Source of the DNA: a virus
Lineage: Duplodnaviria > Caudoviricetes
Length of the DNA: 57,024 nt
Reading direction: 5' to 3' (one strand)
IMG/VR virus record: IMGVR_UViG_3300048074_000019
Span: 1 to 57,024 of that record
Shown: positions 34,607 through 44,374 of the stretch, one piece after another
Position numbering within the stretch: the first letter of the stretch is position 1
How the letters are laid out: each line of letters opens with the position of its first letter
Made by a program: the position numbers and the translations under genes
The notes under the pieces: generated by a model
What the model was told of the DNA's origin: nothing
The model's database searches: none
What the model saw: the letters and a program-made list of their open reading frames with translations, nothing else

Positions 34607-35006
34607 GCCGCTGGTAGCAGCGTCGCAAGGCCTGATATTGTCGGGGTGTCAGGCGCTCGTGCTGGCGCCAGTAATTGTGGACACTGTCCATCCACTGCCA
34701 GAACTCTTCGTTCGAGCTACGCGGCTGGGCATACAGCCCCCGGAACATCGTGTCGATGATCACCTTGTCGCGGAGGTGCGGCGGGCTCCATTCGTCTTGC
34801 GAGCCCTCGTATGATTGCGCCGGCGCCTGCCGTCGAACCGAGATATTCAGCGTGTGCTCGGTGGTGAGGACGTCTGTCCAGGTCAAGCCGGCTACGACGA
34901 GCATGGAGTTCGCCATGCGTATCGCGTTCAGTGCTTCGCCGTCGTGCGTCGATGTCGTCATCGCGAGCAGCTTGGCGAGCTTTGTTTTATCCACTGGTTG
35001 CTCCAT
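34587..35006 (-). CDS. hypothetical protein
   Basis: KLLAMTTSTHDGEALNA..A..L, LTPRQ; overlaps the primase stop. Confidence 0.7.
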   Translation of the reverse strand: MEQPVDKTKLAKLLAMTTSTHDGEALNAIRMANSMLVVAGLTWTDVLTTEHTLNISVRRQAPAQSYEGSQDEWSPPHLRDKVIIDTMFRGLYAQPRSSNEEFWQWMDSVHNYWRQHERLTPRQYQALRRCYQRLRTPAA

Positions 35007-38000
35007 GTACGAAGGCCACCACGTCTTCGGTTGGGGTCAAGCCGGTATCGACTGGGCCCGGGGTAGGCTCATCCGAGGTGGGGCGTTCGGATGGCGCGGT
35101 CCACTTATACAAGAGATCGGCGAAGTCGTGATCAGGTCCGATGTTCGAGATGACGCAGCAGGTCTGCCGCATGCTTGCGAACGCACCGGCACCGATGCGC
35201 ACGCGGCGTTGGTACTCCATCCCGTATTCTTTTTTCAGGCTCTCCAGACACGTCCCGGCGCCGACGCCGGTCGTGTTGAGGAAGTCGTTAAGGTGGTCTT
35301 TGAGGATGTAGACCGTCTTGTTCTCGACATCCCAGCGAACCGCGATCGCCTCCATCACGGCGACGTTCTTGGTGTCCTTCGGCCCGTGCAGGATCGTAAC
35401 GGCAGCCGGCTTGCCGGTCCCTTGCGGCATCCCTTGGGTCCACATAGCCTGATCGTTGGTGTCGACCATGGCGAAGTATTTGCCCATGATCCCTTCAGTG
35501 GTCTCGCGGATGCCGCTGACCGCCATGATGTTGTCGCGCTTCGCCCGGTTTGCCTGGTACGTCGCGTAGAGGAAGGTCTTCAGCGCCTCCAGTCCGATGT
35601 CGGCACCGAGAGTGTTCGCTAGCCTGGCGCCGACCAGCAGCGTGCCGACCAGCGCAACCCACAGCCGCTCGGGCTCCTGGCTCTGCATGTCGACTTCGAC
35701 CTGCTTGCAGGTGTCGATACACTCGGCCTTGATCACGGCATGGTTGAGCGCCAGCAGCTTCGAGTACAGCAGCCCCATCTGGCCGTAGGACGTCTGCAGC
35801 TTGTCGAAGATCACCGTGGCGTCGGTCTGGCTGATGCGGCCGGTCGGGTTGCTGCTCTTCGCCACGCGGTATTCCAGCACGCGCGAGACGCCGGCGATGT
35901 GGCTCGGGTCCTTCTTCATCACGAAGTCGGTGAAGCTGATGTTCGCCGCCATGCACATGCAGGTCTGCCACGTGCCTTTATCCTGCAACGAGGTGTCCGC
36001 CTTCATGCGGCCCTTCTCGACGCCGTCGCTCGCGTTGTAGATGAAGTCGTAACACGCTTGCTGCGCCTTGGCGTCTTTGATCTCGTCCCAGTAGAGCGGC
36101 AGGTTGGCAAGCTCGCCCATCTGCTTCATCACGCTGTTGAACGTCGAGTGTGAAACCTGTTTGCCTTTTTTGCTGTGGCCCCACACCGAGACGCCGACCG
36201 AGTAGGCCGCGGTCTTGCCGACGCCGCTGTCGCCATACGCGCACATGGTCATGGCGTTCTGGCCGACCAGCGCTGTCAGGGGTGCCGCGAACGAGAGCGC
36301 GATGATCGCGTCAAGCTCGGGCCGGCGCTGGTTCGTGATGGTGGCCGCAGCGTCGAACCAGTGTTGGATGTCGCCGGTAGGGTGGAAAATCTGGCGGAGT
36401 TGCGGATCGCCAACACCGCAAGGTGTCTCGCTCCCGTCGTCGTGCATGAGCCGGCCGGCGTAGACAAAGCCCTTAAGCTCGTCGCCGTTTCGGTACCAGC
36501 CGAACGGCATCGCCTTGCTGGCGGCGGCAATCTCGTGAAGCTTTGCAAGCCATGACACTGTGAAGTGCTCCAATTTTGCCTTGTTGCGCGGGAAAATCTT
36601 CACCTTGTTATTGGCGAACGCCCGGTCGAGACCCATCGATACCATATCGCTGTGTCGAATAGAAGCGTCGTGGGTTCGCCCCTTGTCGACCGTAGTGGTG
36701 AAGTTCAGGCAGTCGGGATCGCGCTGGACCCACGGGTCGCTGATCTTCGACCAGAACAGTTGGTTGAGCGTCGGCGGCATCAGTTCGCCGTTGATCTCGT
36801 TCTGCACCACCTCGCAGATGAACCCGTCATCGTTGACGTCGTAGCCAAGCGGCAGATGCAAGTCCTTCGCGGTCTGCGTCTGATTGAGCGCCGGCGCCGC
36901 CATGTTGAGCGGCGTTACCGTGGCGGTAACCGCGGGCCTTATGTTGAGCGGTGACTTCCCTTTTTGGAAGAGCGGGCACGTCTTGCACGCTTCGCAGCCA
37001 GCACCTGCAATGGCGGCACAGCTTGGATATCCAATTCCTCGATCAGCCCGTTCAGCCACCTTGCGATCGTAGAGCGCCTGTGTATCTGCCGCGGAATAGG
37101 TCGGGTGGCCTTTAGAAATCGCGTGTGCGATCGCATTGCCGTTCTCCATGAATGTCGTGCCGAGGACTGAGTACATCCAAAGCGCGTTGTCGTAGCCTGC
37201 TCCACCGGTGAGCAACGCATCCTTGTAGAAGCCGCATTGTTTGAAGATAGGCTCCACTTTCAGGAGCGTCTCTTCATGCCCGATGCCCGCCTGCAGGTCT
37301 GGGCCTTCGATCGTGAACGCCGGTTTGCCAAAGCTGGCTGCGTCCACACCCTCGGCGAACACAGATTGCGCCGGCTTCGCCGCCTGTGCCGTGGTAGAGG
37401 AGGCCGGGGCCAGGGGTGGCAGCACGCCAAGCTGCGTCGGGAAATCGTACATCACCAGCGGCACGTTGAATAGCTGCACTGGCTTCGGTGGCGTGGTCTT
37501 GTGGTTGAAGGTGCCGGGCACGCGGAGGATGCGCGCGACGTCGGTGGTGACGCCGGGGTCTTTGACCAGCTTGTCCTGGATCAGCAGCGTGCGCAAGCCG
37601 TCCGCGAACGGCGCCCACTCCTTCACTGTCATGGCGTTCTGACTGATCCAGTAGGCGTGCACGCCGCCGCCAGAGCCCACCATCGCGCTATAGGGCGGCA
37701 GGGCATGCTTCTCGCGGAACAGGATCAGGGCTTTCAGCGCGTCCTCAACGGTGGCGTACTCGCCAGCTTTCGAGCCGACATCGGCATCAATCCACAGCGC
37801 TTTTACCTTGAGCGCATTGGCGGCGAGACGATGCGCGCGGGGCTTGTTCGGGTCTTTGGCGTTGGGCTTGACCTGCGACTGCAGTGACAAACAAAACCAG
37901 ACATCCTTGAATTGGGTCGTGGTGTTGATCCACGAGGCGCGGCCCACGAACGTGTCCACGCTGCGGAAGGGCCAGCCCCCACCCTTACGAAGGGGGCCGG

Positions 38001-38118
38001 TCGGGTTCTTCCGGTCGACCGAACTGAAATGCAAGTTGACGTAGCCCGGGTCCTGGGGGGACACGGGCCACGGCACCACGCTAGCCATGAAGGCGGAGAT
38101 TGCATTCCAGTCCGACAT
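34987..38118 (-). CDS. primase (RepB/AEP-like) fused to DUF927 helicase-like domain
   Basis: ALWIDAD, SGGGVHAYW, RILRVPGTFN, Cys cluster C..C..C, Walker A GDSGVGKT, LYWDE. Confidence 0.85.
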   Translation of the reverse strand: MSDWNAISAFMASVVPWPVSPQDPGYVNLHFSSVDRKNPTGPLRKGGGWPFRSVDTFVGRASWINTTTQFKDVWFCLSLQSQVKPNAKDPNKPRAHRLAANALKVKALWIDADVGSKAGEYATVEDALKALILFREKHALPPYSAMVGSGGGVHAYWISQNAMTVKEWAPFADGLRTLLIQDKLVKDPGVTTDVARILRVPGTFNHKTTPPKPVQLFNVPLVMYDFPTQLGVLPPLAPASSTTAQAAKPAQSVFAEGVDAASFGKPAFTIEGPDLQAGIGHEETLLKVEPIFKQCGFYKDALLTGGAGYDNALWMYSVLGTTFMENGNAIAHAISKGHPTYSAADTQALYDRKVAERADRGIGYPSCAAIAGAGCEACKTCPLFQKGKSPLNIRPAVTATVTPLNMAAPALNQTQTAKDLHLPLGYDVNDDGFICEVVQNEINGELMPPTLNQLFWSKISDPWVQRDPDCLNFTTTVDKGRTHDASIRHSDMVSMGLDRAFANNKVKIFPRNKAKLEHFTVSWLAKLHEIAAASKAMPFGWYRNGDELKGFVYAGRLMHDDGSETPCGVGDPQLRQIFHPTGDIQHWFDAAATITNQRRPELDAIIALSFAAPLTALVGQNAMTMCAYGDSGVGKTAAYSVGVSVWGHSKKGKQVSHSTFNSVMKQMGELANLPLYWDEIKDAKAQQACYDFIYNASDGVEKGRMKADTSLQDKGTWQTCMCMAANISFTDFVMKKDPSHIAGVSRVLEYRVAKSSNPTGRISQTDATVIFDKLQTSYGQMGLLYSKLLALNHAVIKAECIDTCKQVEVDMQSQEPERLWVALVGTLLVGARLANTLGADIGLEALKTFLYATYQANRAKRDNIMAVSGIRETTEGIMGKYFAMVDTNDQAMWTQGMPQGTGKPAAVTILHGPKDTKNVAVMEAIAVRWDVENKTVYILKDHLNDFLNTTGVGAGTCLESLKKEYGMEYQRRVRIGAGAFASMRQTCCVISNIGPDHDFADLLYKWTAPSERPTSDEPTPGPVDTGLTPTEDVVAFVHGATSG

Positions 38119-38131
38119 CGAGCTTACGCTC

Positions 38132-39322
38132 TTATTTCGGCATCAGCGACGCGATACGGGCATCCAGTTCAGCGTCGGCGTCCTCCGGTGCGCCGGTGTC
38201 AGCAACCGTATTCGTCACCGTGGTCGGCTGCTGTACCGCCACGGTTGCTGTCACACCGAACCCGGTGTCGAGCCCCGGTCCCGGGGTCAGCGTCGGCGTG
38301 GGTGCCTGCGCTACCGCCGTCGTGCCAATATCACCGAACCCGGTATCGATCGGTCCAGCCGCAGCAGCAGCCTTGGCAGCCGCGTCGGCCGCAGCCTTGG
38401 CAGCCGCGTCGGCCGCAGCCTTGGCCGCTTCCGCCTGTGCCTTGGCAACCGCTTCCGCCTGTGCCTTGGCCGCAGCAGCAAGAGCCGCCTGTGCCTTGGC
38501 GGCGGCAGCGGGATCGACCTGCCCCGTCTGCTCGGTCGTGGTCTGCACCGCGGCGATCGCCGCCGGGCGTCCCTTGCCGACTTCACTCTCGCCCGTGATC
38601 CGGATCGCCGTCGGGTCCTCACGCAGCGGCAGCACCACCGGCGCTTCCTTGTCCGTGAGTGCCTGCAGCGCGCGGAACGTCATCTGCGGGTGCGGCTTCT
38701 CAGGGTTGAAGCCGATGCGCGTGATGTAGGAGGCGTAGTGGAAGCCCTGCGCCGACATGCCCTCGCCCAACAGCGCGAGATCGTTCAGCGAGGCGGCCGG
38801 CACGCGCAGAAACACTGGCTCCATCAGCGGCGCACCCAGCAGGGCCTTCGTCAGGCTCGGCAGGATCAGCACCGAGAGGCGCTTGTAGTCAGAGCAGTCC
38901 CTGGTCTTGCGGCCTTCGGCGTTGAGCTTGAAGACGTTGCGCGGGCAGATCGAGCACGACGTCGACTGCGGGGTCGCAATGTCGGGATCAGGCGTGGTGC
39001 CATCGAGCGCGGCGCACGTCGGACGCTGGCCAATCTGGCCATCCTGGAACGTGCCGGGCGGATAGAAGCTCTTCGACTTGTAGCTCGGCGACCGCAGGAT
39101 GATCACGTCGAGGAACGCCGCCGGCGAACCGTCGTCCGGGCGAGTGAAGATGTAGCTCTCGCCGCGCAGTCGCAGCGACCACACCTTGCCCTTGTATCCG
39201 ATGATGCCGTAGCTCGAACCGATACCATCGGCAAGGCTTTCGGCGTGGGGGTCCAGAGCGGCGAAAGCCCCCGCGGGTGCGAGGCCTTTGAACGCCGATA
39301 CATTCATTAGGTCCGTTGACAT
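38132..39322 (-). CDS. ssDNA-binding / annealing protein with Ala-Lys-rich linker and acidic tail
   Basis: C..DG..PD, C..CP.N, C..YKRL, LRVPAASL; (A)nK tandem repeats. Confidence 0.7.
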   Translation of the reverse strand: MSTDLMNVSAFKGLAPAGAFAALDPHAESLADGIGSSYGIIGYKGKVWSLRLRGESYIFTRPDDGSPAAFLDVIILRSPSYKSKSFYPPGTFQDGQIGQRPTCAALDGTTPDPDIATPQSTSCSICPRNVFKLNAEGRKTRDCSDYKRLSVLILPSLTKALLGAPLMEPVFLRVPAASLNDLALLGEGMSAQGFHYASYITRIGFNPEKPHPQMTFRALQALTDKEAPVVLPLREDPTAIRITGESEVGKGRPAAIAAVQTTTEQTGQVDPAAAAKAQAALAAAAKAQAEAVAKAQAEAAKAAADAAAKAAADAAAKAAAAAGPIDTGFGDIGTTAVAQAPTPTLTPGPGLDTGFGVTATVAVQQPTTVTNTVADTGAPEDADAELDARIASLMPK

Positions 39323-39362
39323 GAGGTGGTCCTTAGTTGGGGTTGGGTTACCGCGACGGTAA

Positions 39363-39803
39363 TTACTTCCCGGAGGCGCGGCGCACTCCGATGGTCTTGA
39401 TCGAGGACAGGTTCACCCCTGGGGGCAGCCCGCCTTTCTCTTCCACGTAATCGCGGACGGCGGTCGTGTTTGCCTTCCGGTCGAGAAGATCGAATGCGTT
39501 GTTGGTGATGACAAAATCCATGAACACCTGGGGGTCGGCGAGGGAAGCCGTGTACCGCGTCGTCGCGTAGCACGTCCCGTGTGCAGTCTTGACGTTGTCA
39601 GCGCCGGCCTGCTCCATGAAGTTCTGCATCCAACCAGTTAACAAATTCTGTAGCTCCACGAGAGGCTTCCGTCGCTCTTCGTGTTCCGCGTCCATTTCCT
39701 TGAGCCTGTCGCGGATCGTGATGTACTGTTCCACCCGCTTGTCAACGGTCGCCGGGGTAGTCTCTTTTGCGGGGGCGACCACCACCGCTTGCGTGTCGGC
39801 CAT
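39363..39803 (-). CDS. conserved phage replication-module protein (Gam-like/gp33-like)
   Basis: YITIRD, KTAHGT, LPPGV; AAGGAG SD. Confidence 0.65.
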   Translation of the reverse strand: MADTQAVVVAPAKETTPATVDKRVEQYITIRDRLKEMDAEHEERRKPLVELQNLLTGWMQNFMEQAGADNVKTAHGTCYATTRYTASLADPQVFMDFVITNNAFDLLDRKANTTAVRDYVEEKGGLPPGVNLSSIKTIGVRRASGK

Positions 39804-39841
39804 AGCTGGTTCTCCTTCTCTGGTGTAGCCCTGTCGGGCAA

Positions 39842-41425
39842 TTACGCCTTCTTCTCTGTGGCGTCGGCGAGTAGCTCCAGTAGGGTGTCCTGCACCTTTT
39901 GCTTTCGCTGGAGCAACGAATATATTTTCCGTTCAACAGGAGTTGATTGGAGGTGAAGCACTTTCTGTTTGTGCTTCTGCCCGATGCGAGTGATGCGCGC
40001 GTTCGCCTGCTCGTAAATCTCCAGCGACGTGATCGGCATGTACCAGATGATGGTGTCCGCAGCGGTGAGCGTCAGCCCGTGCGCCACGCAGGCGGGGTGC
40101 GCCAGCAGGGTCTTGTATTTGTCGGTGTGCTGGAACTGATTGAATATCTCGCTGCGGCCAGACACTTCGCCGTGCACCACAGCATGCTCGATGCCGGCCG
40201 CGTCGAGGATCGGCGTGAGCCCTTCGATGGCGTGCCGGAACGGGACGTATACAATCACCTTGCGCTCGTTCTCGTTGATGAGATCGATGAGCGTCTGGTG
40301 GCGGGGCATTGGATCGTCCACCTTGAACACGGGGACGGCGCCCATGGGACCAGCATACACCCAGCCCCCGGAGACCTGCAGCAGCTTGCCCATCGCCACT
40401 GCCGCGTTTACTGCCGTGACCTGCCCATTGCCGACCTCAGCCTTGAACTCGGTCGCCAGCGTCTTGTAGATTTTCGACTGCATCGACGTGAGCGGGACAT
40501 CGATGGTGCGGGAGATCACCTCGGGCAACTCCACGACCTGATCGAGATCGAAGCGCACGTTCGGCTGCAGCATGGCGATGGCACGATCAATTGCCTCGGG
40601 TCGCGGTATCCACTTAAAATTGTTGATCTTGGTCATCAGCAGTTCTTGCGCCTGCTTGAAGTATTTCGGTGAGGTGTGGGGCGTCACGACTTTGGAGATA
40701 CCCCACACGTCAGTCGGCTCGTTCGGCATCGGGCGGCCGGTCAATCCCCAGACAATCTTGAAGCGTGGGGCAAACTTCCGCATCGCCTTGGAGCGGTCGC
40801 TGTTGTTGCGGTAGACCGCCACCTCGTCCAGCGCCAGCACGTCGATATCCAGCCGCTGCGATAGCTCGGGCATGATGGTCTTGAGACCGTCGTGGTTGAT
40901 CACGTAGATGTCGGCGTCTTTGTTGTCGAGGCGTTCGAGACGCTGTGCCTTGGTACCGTGCAGCACCTCCACCTTGCGGTGGGGGAGGGTCGCGAAGGCC
41001 TCGCTCTGCCAGACGAACCTCAACGTGGAGAGCGTAGCAACGACCAGCAGCTTGCCGCAGAAGCCGTGGCTGTAGAGATAGTCCCACGCCCACAACGTCG
41101 CCTTGGTCTTGCCGGTGCCCATGGAGTTGAGCACGTAGCAGCGCGCAGCCGTGGTCATCAGGTCAACCGTGCGCTTCTGCACGTCGAACGGCTTACCGCC
41201 TGGGAACTCGTAGTACGAGAGCATCGGGTTGGGGATGTGATAACCCAGCGAGCGCAGCATGATCGTGCGAGGAATGTCATGGTTGACCACCAGAAATTCC
41301 TGATCGAGGTGCGTGATCTGATGCGTCTCTGGGAACATATTGCACGTGTCCCCGCGCCGGGGCACGAGGATGACCTTGTTCGCCTTGGAGACGATGCAGT
41401 GGCCCTTGGTGTTATCGAACGTCAT
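39842..41425 (-). CDS. SNF2-like DNA helicase
   Basis: MGTGKT, LDEV, LTGRP, HGLTLT, QANARITRIGQ; start 41425 from the ATGA overlap. Confidence 0.9.
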   Translation of the reverse strand: MTFDNTKGHCIVSKANKVILVPRRGDTCNMFPETHQITHLDQEFLVVNHDIPRTIMLRSLGYHIPNPMLSYYEFPGGKPFDVQKRTVDLMTTAARCYVLNSMGTGKTKATLWAWDYLYSHGFCGKLLVVATLSTLRFVWQSEAFATLPHRKVEVLHGTKAQRLERLDNKDADIYVINHDGLKTIMPELSQRLDIDVLALDEVAVYRNNSDRSKAMRKFAPRFKIVWGLTGRPMPNEPTDVWGISKVVTPHTSPKYFKQAQELLMTKINNFKWIPRPEAIDRAIAMLQPNVRFDLDQVVELPEVISRTIDVPLTSMQSKIYKTLATEFKAEVGNGQVTAVNAAVAMGKLLQVSGGWVYAGPMGAVPVFKVDDPMPRHQTLIDLINENERKVIVYVPFRHAIEGLTPILDAAGIEHAVVHGEVSGRSEIFNQFQHTDKYKTLLAHPACVAHGLTLTAADTIIWYMPITSLEIYEQANARITRIGQKHKQKVLHLQSTPVERKIYSLLQRKQKVQDTLLELLADATEKKA

Positions 41426-41745
41426 CGTGCCGGCACTTTCTTCGTTCGCGGCTTCGTACCAACCGGACGGAGGTTGTCGCCGCAGTAGTGGCACCACCAG
41501 TCATGCAGGTTCTCGACATGCGGACCGTGGTACGTCTCACAGTTCGTGCAGAACCGCAAATCCTGATTGAACTGCAGGGCGAGATATCGCCGTGCATCTT
41601 CATCGTCGCTCAGCCCGGTGACGACCGCCGGCACTGCTGGCGCATACGCCGGAGCACCTTCAGGTAGTGGCTCGCTCAGCCCCAGCGGATCGTCGTACCG
41701 TTCAGGGTCGCATGCGTTGGGCACGCGCTGCGGCTTCCTGCGCAT
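41422..41745 (-). CDS. zinc-ribbon protein
   Basis: CTNC...CHYC; GGAGG SD. Confidence 0.6.
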   Translation of the reverse strand: MRRKPQRVPNACDPERYDDPLGLSEPLPEGAPAYAPAVPAVVTGLSDDEDARRYLALQFNQDLRFCTNCETYHGPHVENLHDWWCHYCGDNLRPVGTKPRTKKVPAR

Positions 41746-42040
41746 CGACTTCCTCCGCGTTCTGACACAGGTCGAGCACATAGCGGAGGCCCATGGCCGC
41801 CACCTGCCGAGCTTCCTTGCGGGCGGCAGTCGTGCGACCGGTATCGGCCTTCACGTGGTCCCAGAGTTCGTCCAGTTCTTCGCGGATCACGCTGTGCCCT
41901 TCGTGGGGCGAGTTCATCGGGGCGTGTTTGGTCATCGCCTTGATCAACTCTACCCGCAAGAGGGACAGTTCGTAGTCGATGCGCGAGTGGAGCACGGTAT
42001 CGTTCTGGTCGAAAGTTCCGGGTCGGTCAGCGTTTCCCAT
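41702..42040 (-). CDS. MazG-like nucleotide pyrophosphohydrolase
   Basis: HEG..VIREELDELW...EARQVAAM all-alpha NTP-PPase pattern; GAGG SD. Confidence 0.65.
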   Translation of the reverse strand: MGNADRPGTFDQNDTVLHSRIDYELSLLRVELIKAMTKHAPMNSPHEGHSVIREELDELWDHVKADTGRTTAARKEARQVAAMGLRYVLDLCQNAEEVDAQEAAARAQRMRP

Positions 42041-42683
42041 TGTCAGGTCCTCTGTGATAATAACTTCCAGCGGCCGGATCACCGAACTCAAAATCGGTGC
42101 TTACCGCCGCAGTAATTCGTTGATCGTCGCGACACGCTGCTGGCTCAGCTTGTCGTTTGGATGCTGCGCCAGGTGCGCCATGATGCCCGCCAATTGCAGC
42201 GTCAATCGTCGATGCCTTGAGCTTGGCGCGCAGGTGTTGTTTTCCCGGCCTTTTCTTTTCCGAGGCGAGGTGGAGGGCGACGAAGTCGAGGGGGCCGTCA
42301 TTGACGGATCGGCCGCCATCGCGGACAACGTCGAGGTTTTCTCGGATGTGTTCAGCGGCGGATCGTTGCGGCGCATTGGGGGCAAACTCCAGAGCGAGGA
42401 TGATCTTCATTGCGAGTTCAAGTGAGGTCTCGTCCCACACCACGAGGACAATACCGCCGGCGGCTTCGATCGCTGCCTTGGTACCTTCCTGTAGCGGCGT
42501 GAGCTTCTTGCCGGGGGCCTTCGTCTCGATGGCGACAAATCGCCCGCGGATAGCAAGCAGGAAGTCGAGGGCCACGCTACCGAACCCGGACTGGACTGGC
42601 ATGAACCGCCAGCAGTCGGCACCGAGCGTGTCGAGCGCTTTCTTCACCATCTTCTTGACGCGGCCCTCGGGCGTCTGTACCAT
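42027..42683 (-). CDS. VRR-NUC nuclease with C-terminal extension
   Basis: TPEGRVK, MPVQSGFG, DFL, FVAIETKAPG..TPLQ. Confidence 0.85.
   Translation of the reverse strand: MVQTPEGRVKKMVKKALDTLGADCWRFMPVQSGFGSVALDFLLAIRGRFVAIETKAPGKKLTPLQEGTKAAIEAAGGIVLVVWDETSLELAMKIILALEFAPNAPQRSAAEHIRENLDVVRDGGRSVNDGPLDFVALHLASEKKRPGKQHLRAKLKASTIDAAIGGHHGAPGAASKRQAEPAACRDDQRITAAVSTDFEFGDPAAGSYYHRGPDNGKR
42101..42376 (-). CDS. small protein overlapping the VRR-NUC C-terminal extension
   Basis: GGAG 10 nt before ATG; ends HLAQHPNDKLSQQRVATINELLRR*. Confidence 0.5.
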   Translation of the reverse strand: MRRNDPPLNTSEKTSTLSAMAADPSMTAPSTSSPSTSPRKRKGRENNTCAPSSRHRRLTLQLAGIMAHLAQHPNDKLSQQRVATINELLRR

Positions 42684-42687
42684 GACG

Positions 42688-43263
42688 CTAGCCCTCGCTG
42701 TTGTCTGTCGGCGGAGCAACCACCTGATAGCCATGCTCCCACAGATCGACAATCTGCTCGTGGTTGTCCCGGAGCGGGTGGTGTTTCGGGTGGAGAGGCC
42801 TAGCACCCTCCCAGTTACGCAACACTGGCGTCTCGCTGCAGAAGGTGCGCACATCGCGCACGCCGTTATATCGCCACTCCGGGGTCATTCCGACTGCCTC
42901 GTAGAGCGACTGTAGGATCGAGACGTCGAAGTGCGGCCCGCGCGCCCAGACCTTCTCGAACCCGGACACGAATTGGTTCAAAATGCTGAGCGCCGAGCGG
43001 ACAGAGTAGATTGTCTCCGGACGCGCATCCAGCCAGTGCGCCTTGGCGGCGGCAGATTGGGACTTCCACCATAGCTGCGTCGAGCGGTCGACCTGCCGCC
43101 CGAGAATAAGCTGCTCCTTGATGTCCGGGCAGAGGAGAATTTCGTCGCCAAACTTTGGGCCAGTCGGCGAACTGTCGAACTGCGTTGCACCGATCGAGAG
43201 GACCAGCGCGTCCGTCGCCGTGGACAGCGTCTCGATGTCAAGCATCACGTTTTCGGTAGCCAT
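42688..43263 (-). CDS. 3'-5' exonuclease (DEDD, Rv2179c/DUF5051-like)
   Basis: MLDIETL, VWARGPHFD, RDVRT, HHPLRD. Confidence 0.85.
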   Translation of the reverse strand: MATENVMLDIETLSTATDALVLSIGATQFDSSPTGPKFGDEILLCPDIKEQLILGRQVDRSTQLWWKSQSAAAKAHWLDARPETIYSVRSALSILNQFVSGFEKVWARGPHFDVSILQSLYEAVGMTPEWRYNGVRDVRTFCSETPVLRNWEGARPLHPKHHPLRDNHEQIVDLWEHGYQVVAPPTDNSEG

Positions 43264-43592
43264 GTTTCAAGCTCGTTTTCTGGTGAGAGTTGGGGGTCGG
43301 GGACGGAGTGGGGCATTGGGTCGATTACCGCCGCGGTAACGCCGGAGGAGCCGCGGAGGTTTGGTTCTGCCGCCGGAGCGCGCCGGCGCGATGCAGACGG
43401 GAGCGCGCCGAGCACTTGCGTGATGGCTTCGACCGGATCGAGCGCCGTCGTCTCCACGTAGCGGTGCATCGTCGACGGGGTGGCGAGCGCGTGCCAGTAG
43501 ACTGTCTTCCGGTCTTCGCTATGGACCGGGTACAGCGTGAGGTGCGTCAGCCCCTTCGCCGTCGCGGTGCGCAGCAGGTCCTCCAATGTCAT
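43245..43592 (-). CDS. hypothetical protein
   Basis: MTLEDLLR...; ATGA overlap with the upstream peptide gene. Confidence 0.65.
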   Translation of the reverse strand: MTLEDLLRTATAKGLTHLTLYPVHSEDRKTVYWHALATPSTMHRYVETTALDPVEAITQVLGALPSASRRRAPAAEPNLRGSSGVTAAVIDPMPHSVPDPQLSPENELETWLPKT

Positions 43593-43681
43593 CGAAACAC
43601 CAGGGCCAGAAAGACGACGCCGTAGGCAACGCCGAACGCCACGTACCAAAGGTTGATCCTGATCTCAATTCTCTCGCGCAT
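43589..43681 (-). CDS. 30-aa single-TM peptide
   Basis: MRERIEIRINLWYVAFGVAYGVVFLALVFR; GGAG SD. Confidence 0.55.
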   Translation of the reverse strand: MRERIEIRINLWYVAFGVAYGVVFLALVFR

Positions 43682-43952
43682 ATTGTTTCTCCATGTATTC
43701 TCGTGCCACCTGCACGTCGGTCGCATACTCGATCGTCCAGTCCTCGCGGTCGAACACTCGACGCGCCCACGGGGTGCGCCAGCGCCAGAACATCCATCGC
43801 GGCAGGCGATGCCATTTGAACTCCTGCCGTCCGCCTTCACGCGTTGCCCACTCGTCCGGGAGCACCTTATCAGTCGACCGCGACAACGCGGCGTATCCCC
43901 GGGGGCGTGCCACCGTTGTTGAAACTGGCGCGCGTATCCAGCCCACCGACAT
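43665..43952 (-). CDS. PRWMFW-family small protein, copy 3
   Basis: WHRLPRWMFWRWRTPWARR. Confidence 0.65.
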   Translation of the reverse strand: MSVGWIRAPVSTTVARPRGYAALSRSTDKVLPDEWATREGGRQEFKWHRLPRWMFWRWRTPWARRVFDREDWTIEYATDVQVAREYMEKQYAREN

Positions 43953-43954
43953 CT

Positions 43955-44200
43955 TCAGCCCCCGACCAACCGTGCGCTGTGCGACTTGCCGATCCACGGA
44001 CTGTCAACCGAGATTTTCTTATCGTTGCCGCGTCGGGCAGGTTTGGTGTAGGGCTTCGGCACGACGATGTAGCCGGCGTCGTCCAGCCAGCGGACAAGCT
44101 GCCGGGCGCTGCCGTGAGTGAAGGCCTTGGTCAGAAAGAACTGGCGGATGGCTTCCTCCGCCTCAATGCCAGTCGTGGATCGATTGCTAATTCCGGCCAT
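43955..44200 (-). CDS. hypothetical protein
   Basis: GGAGG SD; L..AGYIVVPK. Confidence 0.6.
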   Translation of the reverse strand: MAGISNRSTTGIEAEEAIRQFFLTKAFTHGSARQLVRWLDDAGYIVVPKPYTKPARRGNDKKISVDSPWIGKSHSARLVGG

Positions 44201-44372
44201 AATGTTCCTCCAGTGCTTTGTAGGCGCGCTTCCGCGCAGTCTGATATTCCCAGCCGTCATCGGCTCCAGTCAAGCCGACAAAATTCTTCCGCCGCCATGT
44301 CGGCATCCAGAACATCCAGCGTGGCGTGCGCTGCCAGCCGAACTCTTCTTCGTAATCCTGCATTCGCGCCAT
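44187..44372 (-). CDS. PRWMFW-family small protein, copy 2
   Basis: WQRTPRWMFWMPTWRRK. Confidence 0.65.
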   Translation of the reverse strand: MARMQDYEEEFGWQRTPRWMFWMPTWRRKNFVGLTGADDGWEYQTARKRAYKALEEHYGRN

Positions 44373-44374
44373 CC

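Noticed and set aside
38233-38247. Additional palindrome copy GTACCGCCACGGTTG
   Set aside because: Three mismatches to the consensus; not counted
38360-38510. 24-bp tandem repeats in the SSB gene as iterons
   Set aside because: In frame and encoding an Ala/Lys linker; protein-level low complexity explains them
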